21,783 nucleotides of DNA from Planctomycetota bacterium (GTDB taxonomy: Bacteria > Planctomycetota > PLA2 > JAEUHO01). The notes beneath the pieces were generated by a model. That model did not search any database and was not told the origin of the DNA. It was given only the letters and a program-made list of their open reading frames with translations. The stretch spans positions 1 to 21,783 of the forward strand of contig JBFWRP010000024.1 in the NCBI GenBank assembly GCA_050248855.1. Direction: 5' to 3'. This document shows positions 15,228-21,783 of this stretch, piece by piece (the first letter of the stretch is position 1; each line of letters opens with the position of its first letter). Position numbers and translations under genes: made by a program.

Positions 15228-16619
15228 CTACCGATCGGTGGCGGGGAGGTCGGCGGGGGGCGGGACGGGTTCGACGCTGACGAACTGGACGACGCCGGCG
15301 GCGGCCCAGCCGCGGTCGTCGCGGACGCTCGCGCGCAGGATGCGCAACCCCGGCTGGTCCGGGTGGACGACGATGTCGATCACGTGGCGACCGCCGGCGG
15401 GAAGTGCTTCGATGCGCTCCTCGATGCGCTCGCGCCCGCCGCGCAGGCGCGCGCCCTCGGCGGGCTCCATCACCAGCGTGAGGCCGCGGAAGTTGACGTC
15501 GCCACGGTTCTCGACGGCGAGCTCCAGGCGGAACGCCTCCTCGGCGCGCACGTCGCGCGGGCCGTGCGACACCAACGCCAGCGAGAGGCGGGGCCCGGCG
15601 CGGACGACCTTGCGCTCGGGACGGACCGTCGTGCCGCGGGCGACCACGTCGATCCGATGCGTCGCACCAGCCGCGGCCCAGCCCCGCGGCTCTCGACACG
15701 AAGCCAGCAGCGAGGCGCTGCCCGCGCGGCCCAGGCGGATGCGCACGGTGCGCTTCTCGCTGGCGCCGTCTTCGAGGCGCTCGATGCGGTCGCGCCAGAG
15801 GCCGCCCTCGGCACCCTCGATCACGACGTCGCTGCGCGACGAGAGTCCCACCTCGACGCCGTCCAAGCGCGCCTCGCCGGCGTTGCGGATGGTCAGGAGC
15901 GCGTCGATCGTCTCGCCCGCGACGGCCGTCGCCGGCACCTCCAGCAGCAGCTCGAGCGCGAGCCGGCGACCCGGGTGGTCTCCGACGATCGGAGGCGCCG
16001 CCGGCGCATCCGTCGTGACCGGTGGTACGACGACGGGCGGTCCTGGCAGCGGTGTCGTCGGCGGGCGTTCGGGTACGCCGGGCGCGGGTGCCGTTGGCGT
16101 TGACGTGTCGTCGCCGGGCGCCGCGGGCTGCGCCGGACCCGCGTCCGCCGCAGCTCCGCCTGCCCCGGCGGTCGACGTCGGCAGCGCCGGGTCCACGACC
16201 TCGGGCGCCGGCGGCGTCACCACGTCCGCCGCTTCGCTCCAGTCGTCTTCCGCCGGTCCGGGTACGACACCCGCCGCGTCGGCGGGCTCGCCGTCTGCGG
16301 GCTCCGCGCCCGCGGGCAGCGACGCCTCGGGCGTCGAGCCGTCGTCGGTCGGCTCCGCCGGATCGGCGGGAACGACCGACCGCGAGGCGGGTGCCTCGAT
16401 GTCGGGCACGTCGTAGCGTGCGACGACGACCGGGGAGCGCCCAGGCTCGGCCTCGTCGGACGTGTCCCGACCGTGGCCGATCAGCCCGACGCCCAGCCCC
16501 GCCAGGAGCGCGCCGCAGAGCACGGCCACGCCGGCCAGGGAACGGTCCGTTCGCGCCACCGCGTCCGCGGGACGCGCGGTGGTCGTTGCGGTGGGAGGAG
16601 CTTCGCTCACGCCTGCCAT
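15228..16619 (-). CDS. Membrane-anchored protein with Pro/Ala/acidic linker and two Ig-like (DUF11/CARDB-like) domains
   Basis: N-terminal TM (LAGVAVLCGALLAGLGVGLIG), long low-complexity linker, two repeats of P..V..GE...L.I.N.G...L.GV...I..L..G...RGWAAAG. The true start may be GTG at 16610, given the spacing of GAGGAGG. Confidence 0.7.
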   Translation of the reverse strand: MAGVSEAPPTATTTARPADAVARTDRSLAGVAVLCGALLAGLGVGLIGHGRDTSDEAEPGRSPVVVARYDVPDIEAPASRSVVPADPAEPTDDGSTPEASLPAGAEPADGEPADAAGVVPGPAEDDWSEAADVVTPPAPEVVDPALPTSTAGAGGAAADAGPAQPAAPGDDTSTPTAPAPGVPERPPTTPLPGPPVVVPPVTTDAPAAPPIVGDHPGRRLALELLLEVPATAVAGETIDALLTIRNAGEARLDGVEVGLSSRSDVVIEGAEGGLWRDRIERLEDGASEKRTVRIRLGRAGSASLLASCREPRGWAAAGATHRIDVVARGTTVRPERKVVRAGPRLSLALVSHGPRDVRAEEAFRLELAVENRGDVNFRGLTLVMEPAEGARLRGGRERIEERIEALPAGGRHVIDIVVHPDQPGLRILRASVRDDRGWAAAGVVQFVSVEPVPPPADLPATDR

Positions 16620-16750
16620 CCTCCTCGCGGGCTTGACGGGCCCGTGCGGACCAAGTCCCGGGCACGCGGCGGCCTTGGCTTCGCGCCCACGGGGACCCAG
16701 CGTACGCGCACCGGCAGACCGCGCTGCGGTCCCCGGGGGTCTTTCGGACC

Positions 16751-17614
16751 CTAGGACGAGCCGACCCGCACCACGTGGACGCCGACGGCGCGAATCGCCC
16801 CGTCGGGCGACGACGCCAGCACCTGCACCTGATGGCGCCCCCCGCGGCGCGGAAGCAGCCGCAGCGTGAGGGCGGCGTGCCGTTCGGGCTCCAGGCGGGG
16901 CAGGCGCCGCGAGCGCCCTTCCGCGCCGAGGAGCTCGAGGTCGGGCCCCGGCTCGACGTCCACCTGGACGTCGTCGAGCGGCGCCCCGAGCGTCTGCACC
17001 ACGACGGTCAGCTCGAACGGGGCGTCATCGTGGACCTGCTTCGGGCCCCGCGTGACGAGCAAGAGGGCCTGCTCCAGGACGGGCGCCAGCCGCGTCCGGT
17101 CCACGCCTGCGGGCTTGACCTCGACCCGGGCGCGGGCTTCGGCGCGTGCTCCACCCCGGGCGTCGCCGACGGCCGCCTGGAGCTCCTGGATCCCCGCCTT
17201 GTCGAAAGCCAACGCCACCACGTGGCGCCCCGTGCTCCCAGGCTCGAGACGCTCCCACTGCACGCTCGTGCTGGCGGCATCCACCCGCGTCCCCTCGGGC
17301 GTGACGAGGGCGAGGGTCAAGTCGTCGAGCGGGAGCGAGCCCGCGTTCTCGGCCAGCAGCGTGACTTCGAGCGGCGCGCCGGGCGCGACTTCGGCGGGCG
17401 CCTCGAGGGCCAGGCGTACGGCGACGACGTCGCCGTCCTCGTCACCCAGCTGCGCGGCGCGCTCACGCAGGGGGACCGGCTGCCAGCGCTTCCACGCCAC
17501 GATGCCGATCAAGGCCACGGCGAGGAGCACGCCGAGGAGCGGCAGCGTGTCGTGCCAGCGACGCGGAGGGGGCCCGGAGGACGACGGCGAGCGGTGGGCG
17601 TGCGGCGCGTCCAT
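16751..17614 (-). CDS. Membrane-anchored protein with two Ig-like (DUF11/CARDB-like) domains
   Basis: TM LPLLGVLLAVALIGIVAW; APAEVAPGAPLEVTLLAENAGSLPLDDLTL...WERLEPG, and a second domain GPKQVHDDAPFELTVVV...LPRLEP; paralogous to the neighbouring gene. Confidence 0.7.
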   Translation of the reverse strand: MDAPHAHRSPSSSGPPPRRWHDTLPLLGVLLAVALIGIVAWKRWQPVPLRERAAQLGDEDGDVVAVRLALEAPAEVAPGAPLEVTLLAENAGSLPLDDLTLALVTPEGTRVDAASTSVQWERLEPGSTGRHVVALAFDKAGIQELQAAVGDARGGARAEARARVEVKPAGVDRTRLAPVLEQALLLVTRGPKQVHDDAPFELTVVVQTLGAPLDDVQVDVEPGPDLELLGAEGRSRRLPRLEPERHAALTLRLLPRRGGRHQVQVLASSPDGAIRAVGVHVVRVGSS

Positions 17615-17623
17615 CCGGGCCGG

Positions 17624-19051
17624 TCAGAGCGCCTTGACCTCGCTGACGAGCGCGAGCACGGTCTTCTTCGCGTCGCCGAACAGCATCATCGTCTTCGGGT
17701 CGAAGAAGAGCTCGTTGTCGGTCCCGGCGAACCCGGTGCCCAGGCTGCGCTTGAGGATGATGACGTTGCGCGACTTGTCGGCATCGAGGATCGGCATGCC
17801 GTAGATCGGGCTGGACGGGTCGTTGCGAGCCGACGGGTTGACGACGTCGTTGGCGCCGATCACCAGGGCGACGTCGGCCGTCTCGAAGTAGGGGTTGACC
17901 TGGTCGAGGTCGAGCAGCTGGTCGTAGGGCACGTTGGCCTCGGCCAGCAGGACGTTCATGTGGCCGGGCATGCGGCCCGCCACCGGGTGGATCGCGTACT
18001 TCACGTCCACGCCCTTGGCGATCAGCAGGTCGGCCAGCTCACGCACGTTGTGCTGGGCCTGGGCCACGGCCAAGCCGTAGCCGGGCACCACGATCACCGA
18101 GCGTGCGTTGGCGAGCAGGATCGCGCCGTCCTCGGGCGTGAAGTTGCGCACCGTCCGGGCCGGGCCGCCCGCGGCCGCTCCACCGCCTCCGCCGCTGTCG
18201 GCGGTGCCGAACGCGGCGAACAGCACGTGCGCGAGCGTGCGGTTCATGCCGCGGCACATGATGGCCGTGAGGATGAGGCCGGACGCCCCGACCAGGGCGC
18301 CGGCGACGACCAGCGGTTCGTTGACCGTGACGTAGCCCGCGGCGGACGCGGCGATGCCCGAGAAGCTGTTGAGCAGCGCCACCACGACAGGCATGTCCGC
18401 GCCGCCGATGGCGTTGGTGGCGGTCCAGCCGAGCACCAAGGCAAAGGGCAAGACGGCCCAGACCCAGCCTTGGTTGTCCATGTTCGTGGCGAACACGACG
18501 GTGAGCACCAAGCACACGAGCAGGAGCGCGCCGTTGACCAACCGGATGCCCGGGAACGTGACGGGCGCCGTGTTGATCATCCCCTGCAGCTTGGCGAAGG
18601 CCACGAAGCTGCCCGTGAACGTGATGGCGCCAATCACGACGCTCAGCACGGCCACCGCGGGAATGGACCCCGTGACGTCCGCCACGCCGGAGCTGGCCTG
18701 CGCGTGCGTGACCTCGCTCAGTGCGACGAAGGCCGACGCGAGGCCGCCGAAGCCGTTGAATGCGGCCACGAGCTGCGGCATGGCCGTCATCTCGATCTTC
18801 TTGGCGAGGGCCCAGCCGACGACCGAGGCCAGGGCCATCACGACGAAGATCCACACGAGGTTGTGGCGGACGCTGACGTCCACCCCTCCGTCGCTCCACG
18901 TGACGACGGTGGCCAGGACCGCCAGGCCCATGCCGAAGGCGCCGATCAGGTTGCCCAAGGGCGCCGTCTTGGGCGACGCCAGGCGCTTCAGGCCCAGGAT
19001 GAAGGCCGCGATCGACAGGATGTAGACCAGCCCGACCAGCGAGAGGCTCAC
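17624..19051 (-). CDS. pntB: NAD(P) transhydrogenase subunit beta
   Basis: MTAMPQLVAAFNGFGG, GGADMPVVVALLNS, VPGYGLAVAQAQ, IHPVAGRMPGHMNVLLAEA, GANDVVNP. Confidence 0.97.
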   Translation of the reverse strand: MSLSLVGLVYILSIAAFILGLKRLASPKTAPLGNLIGAFGMGLAVLATVVTWSDGGVDVSVRHNLVWIFVVMALASVVGWALAKKIEMTAMPQLVAAFNGFGGLASAFVALSEVTHAQASSGVADVTGSIPAVAVLSVVIGAITFTGSFVAFAKLQGMINTAPVTFPGIRLVNGALLLVCLVLTVVFATNMDNQGWVWAVLPFALVLGWTATNAIGGADMPVVVALLNSFSGIAASAAGYVTVNEPLVVAGALVGASGLILTAIMCRGMNRTLAHVLFAAFGTADSGGGGGAAAGGPARTVRNFTPEDGAILLANARSVIVVPGYGLAVAQAQHNVRELADLLIAKGVDVKYAIHPVAGRMPGHMNVLLAEANVPYDQLLDLDQVNPYFETADVALVIGANDVVNPSARNDPSSPIYGMPILDADKSRNVIILKRSLGTGFAGTDNELFFDPKTMMLFGDAKKTVLALVSEVKAL

Positions 19052-19371
19052 GCGCCACCGCCCTTCTCGCTGCGCTTGCCCTTCTTGAACATGCGCAGCA
19101 TCCGGTCGGTCACGACGAACCCGCCGACCACGTTGATCGTGGCGAAGAACACGCCGAGCAGCCCCAGGATGGTGCCGAACGTGGTCTCGGTCTGGCCCGC
19201 CACCAGGATCGCGCCGACCAACACGATGCCGCTGATCGCATTGCTGCCCGACATCAGCGGCGTGTGCAGGGTGGCCGGCACCTTCGTGATGACCTCGAAG
19301 CCGATGAAGGCGGCGAGCACGAAGATGAACAGGTAGAGCAGGGGTCCGGAGAGGAGGGCGAGGGGCAGCAT
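19048..19371 (-). CDS. pntAB: NAD(P) transhydrogenase subunit alpha, membrane part (alpha 2)
   Basis: FVLAAFIGFEVITKVPATLHTPLMSGSNAISG...INVVGGFVVTDRMLRMF; ATG overlaps the pntAA stop (TGATG). Confidence 0.95.
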   Translation of the reverse strand: MLPLALLSGPLLYLFIFVLAAFIGFEVITKVPATLHTPLMSGSNAISGIVLVGAILVAGQTETTFGTILGLLGVFFATINVVGGFVVTDRMLRMFKKGKRSEKGGGA

Positions 19372-20534
19372 CACGAGGCGGCTCCGAGCGCGTCGCGCGT
19401 GGGGGCGTGGCGGACTTCGCCGGCGTGCACCGCCAGCGCGCCGGCGGTGATCTCGTCGTCGAGGTCGATGCGGACGGGGGGCGGCGCGGCCTCGCCCGCA
19501 GCGGGCTTGGGCGGCGTCAGGTGGCGGACGACGTCCTGGATGTTGCGCGCGTACATGCGGCTGGCGTCCAGGGCCATCGTGGCGGCCAGGTTCAGCGTGC
19601 CGACGAGCGTGACGCCGCCGACGTGCACGACCTCGCCAGCCACCGTCCCCGCGACGTTGCCTCCCGCTTCGGCGGCGAGGTCCACGACGACGGCGCCGGG
19701 CCGCATGGCCGCGACGGTTGCGGCGTCGATCAAGCGCGGCGCGGGACGACCCGGGATCAAGGCGGTGGTGATGACGGCGTCGGCCTTCTTCACGCGCTCG
19801 GCGAGCGCAGCCTCGAGCTTGCGCAACGCGTCGGGCGACAGCTCGCGCGCGTACCCGCCGGCGCCTTCCCCGGCCTCGCCGAGATCGACCTCGATCGACT
19901 CGGCGCCCAGCGAACGGGCCTGCTCCCGGGCCTCGGCGCGTACGTCGTAGGCCTCGACGATGGCGCCGAGCCGGCGGCACGTGGCGATGGCTTGGAGACC
20001 GGCCACGCCCACGCCGCAGACGACCACGCGGGAGGGCGGGATCGTCCCCGCCGCGGTCATCAACATGGGGAAGAAACGACCGAGGTGCCACGCGGCCAGC
20101 AGCGCCGCGCGGTACCCGGCCACGGTGCTCATCGAGGAGAGCGCGTCCATCGCCTGCGCACGCGTGATGCGCGGGACGAGGTCCATGCCGAACCAGCCGA
20201 TGCCCCGTTCCCGGGCGGCGCGCACCTCGTCCAGGTGCGTCGCGGGGAACAGGAACGAGGTGAGGAGTGCCCCCTGGGGCACCTGCGCGATCTCCGCGAC
20301 CGAGGGCGCGTTCACGCGCACGACCAGGTCCGCGCCCGCCTGCGCCGCGGCAGCGTCCGGGGCGATGCGGGCCCCGGCATCCGTGTAGGCCGCGTCGGGG
20401 GCCCCGGCCGAGGCGCCGGCGTCTTGCTCGACCACGACCTCGTGCCCCTGCTTGACGAGACGCTGCACGACGTCGGGCGTGAGCGCGACGCGCGTCTCTC
20501 CCGCTTGGCGTTCCCTGGGCACCGCGATGCGCAC
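19371..20534 (-). CDS. pntAA: NAD(P) transhydrogenase subunit alpha, NAD(H)-binding part (alpha 1)
   Basis: MRIAVPRE...ETRVALTP, PRITRAQAMDALSS, GVGVAGLQAI, ITTALIPGRPAP, DLAAEAGGN. Confidence 0.96.
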   Translation of the reverse strand: MRIAVPRERQAGETRVALTPDVVQRLVKQGHEVVVEQDAGASAGAPDAAYTDAGARIAPDAAAAQAGADLVVRVNAPSVAEIAQVPQGALLTSFLFPATHLDEVRAARERGIGWFGMDLVPRITRAQAMDALSSMSTVAGYRAALLAAWHLGRFFPMLMTAAGTIPPSRVVVCGVGVAGLQAIATCRRLGAIVEAYDVRAEAREQARSLGAESIEVDLGEAGEGAGGYARELSPDALRKLEAALAERVKKADAVITTALIPGRPAPRLIDAATVAAMRPGAVVVDLAAEAGGNVAGTVAGEVVHVGGVTLVGTLNLAATMALDASRMYARNIQDVVRHLTPPKPAAGEAAPPPVRIDLDDEITAGALAVHAGEVRHAPTRDALGAAS

Positions 20535-20579
20535 GCCGGACCTCCCTTGCGGGGCGGGTGGACCGCCCGCGTGGCGGTT

Positions 20580-21278
20580 CTACCCGGCACCCAGGAGGCC
20601 CGCCATCCAGGCCCGGACGTGGGGAACGGCCGCCGCCAGGAGGTCGTGACCGGCATCGAGCGCCACGTGGGCGACGTGCGCCCCACCCGCCTCCAGGGCC
20701 TCCACGACCAGGGCTTCGTAGGCGGGGGGATACGACTCGTCGAGCGCTCCCGTGACCCACAGGACCGGCAGGCCGGCGAGCGCATGCAGCTGGTCGCGCC
20801 AGAGCATCGGGATGCCTCCGGCCAGCCCGACGAGGCCGCGGACGCGGGCCCGGTCCACGACCGCGGCGTGCGTGGCCACGCCCACGCCCTGGCTGTAGCC
20901 GAGGAGGACGGCACCCGTGGCGGAGCGGCCCTGAAGCGCGAGGTCCAGGGCGTGCCGCAGGAGGGCGTCGTTGCGTCGCTCGGCGTCGGCCCGCCGCGGC
21001 TCGGCCAGCCAGCCGTGGGCGATGCCGCGCGTGGAGGCGCCGGGTCCGCCGCGGGGACGCCGGTAGAACGCGTCGGGTCCCTCCGGCGCGACGATCGGCG
21101 TGCGTGCGGGCAGGAACCCCTGGGCCCACGCCACGAGGTCTTGCGCGTCCTGTCCGTAGCCGTGCACGAGCACCCACGGCGTGACGTCGTCGGCATCCTC
21201 CAGGCCTTCGGCCCACAGGTAGCCCGTGGCCGGGATGGGCACGGCGCGACGCGGGTCGGCCGGGTGGTCCGCGCTCAC
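20580..21278 (-). CDS. Alpha/beta hydrolase (phospholipase/carboxylesterase-like)
   Basis: LVHGYG oxyanion motif, GYSQG nucleophile elbow, G..D and GH triad residues; GTG start overlaps the rpiB stop (GTGA). Confidence 0.85.
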   Translation of the reverse strand: MSADHPADPRRAVPIPATGYLWAEGLEDADDVTPWVLVHGYGQDAQDLVAWAQGFLPARTPIVAPEGPDAFYRRPRGGPGASTRGIAHGWLAEPRRADAERRNDALLRHALDLALQGRSATGAVLLGYSQGVGVATHAAVVDRARVRGLVGLAGGIPMLWRDQLHALAGLPVLWVTGALDESYPPAYEALVVEALEAGGAHVAHVALDAGHDLLAAAVPHVRAWMAGLLGAG

Positions 21279-21733
21279 GCGTCGGTCGCGCGCTCGGGCG
21301 CCTCGAGCGCCATGATCTTGTCCACGCGCGTGGCGTGGCGACCGCCGTCGAAGCCCGTGGCGAGGAAGCGCTCGACGATCCGCTGGATCGCCGCGGCCGC
21401 GAGCAGCCGTGCGCCGAGGCAGGCGATGTTCGCGTCGTTGTGGCGGCGGGCCATCTCGGCCGTGAACTCGTCGTGCACGGTGGCGGCGCGGATGCCGTGC
21501 ACCTTGTTGGCCGCGATGCAGACCCCGATGCCTGTTCCGCAAAGCAGCACGCCACGGTCGGCGCGGCCGTCGGCCACGGCGTGGGCGACGGCTGCCGCCG
21601 GCTCGGGATAGTCCACGGCGACGCCTGCGGGGCCGCCGAGATCGTCCACGTTGTGCCCGGCGGCCTGGAGAGCGGCGACCACGTGCAGTCGCTCGGCGAC
21701 GGCGGCGTGGTCCGAGGAGATGGCGATGCGCAT
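21275..21733 (-). CDS. rpiB: Ribose 5-phosphate isomerase B
   Basis: MRIAISSDHAA, VDYP, LLCGTGIG..IAANKV.GIRAA, ARRHNDAN, F.GGRH..RV.KI. Confidence 0.96.
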   Translation of the reverse strand: MRIAISSDHAAVAERLHVVAALQAAGHNVDDLGGPAGVAVDYPEPAAAVAHAVADGRADRGVLLCGTGIGVCIAANKVHGIRAATVHDEFTAEMARRHNDANIACLGARLLAAAAIQRIVERFLATGFDGGRHATRVDKIMALEAPERATDA

Positions 21734-21739
21734 GGCGGG

Positions 21740-21745
21740 AGGGTA
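21740..21745 (-). promoter_or_regulatory. Possible -10 element of a leaderless rpiB transcript
   Basis: TACCCT lies 6 nt upstream of the ATG; no SD and no clear -35. Confidence 0.4.
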
Positions 21746-21752
21746 GCCGTGG

Positions 21753-21783
21753 GTACGGAGTCGGGTGTTGTTACAACCGCGGG
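21753..21783 (+). repeat. Variant REP copy (truncated by window edge)
   Basis: GTACGGAGTCGGGTG is identical to the first 15 nt of the RAYT-flanking REP, followed by diverged TTGTTACAACCGCGGG. Confidence 0.8.

Noticed and set aside
12856..16665. 1269-aa minus-strand ORF crossing both REPINs
   Set aside because: Arg/Ala-rich off-frame reading that overlaps three better-supported genes; its repeated peptides merely translate the REPs.
19048..20534. Split pntA as a frameshift or pseudogene
   Set aside because: The alpha1/alpha2 split is a known natural arrangement (e.g. Rhodospirillum rubrum), and the TGATG coupling is clean.
16775..21611. 853-aa and 734-aa plus-strand ORFs, and the 835-aa extension of pntAB
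   Set aside because: Shadow or alternate frames of the pnt/hydrolase/rpiB genes; only the last 107 aa of the 835-aa ORF is PntAB.

Overview
Very GC-rich bacterial DNA; gene content suggests a Planctomycetota-like genome, which is an inference. Left to right: (1) the 3' end and right terminal inverted repeat of an IS4-family element, abutting a ~580-bp mosaic array of 13-bp GGTGTCAGACACC-type quasi-palindromes; (2) a minus-strand type II secretion operon gspD-E-F-G-G-H-I-J, with no gspC/K/L/M/O in the window; (3) divergent rpsU and a 1197-aa membrane/spermidine-synthase-like fusion with a helical (HEAT-like) tail; (4) a REP-associated tyrosine transposase (RAYT, HUH Y1) with a long C-terminal extension, flanked by two 98-bp REPIN hairpins built from a GTAC-headed 35-bp REP; (5) a minus-strand run rpiB, alpha/beta hydrolase, pntAA, pntAB, pntB and two paralogous membrane-anchored Ig-like (DUF11/CARDB-like) proteins. 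A variant REP sits at the right edge. The most notable signals are the RAYT/REPIN module (compensatory stem change, mirror-image 14-nt stutters) and the palindrome array apparently targeted by IS4.
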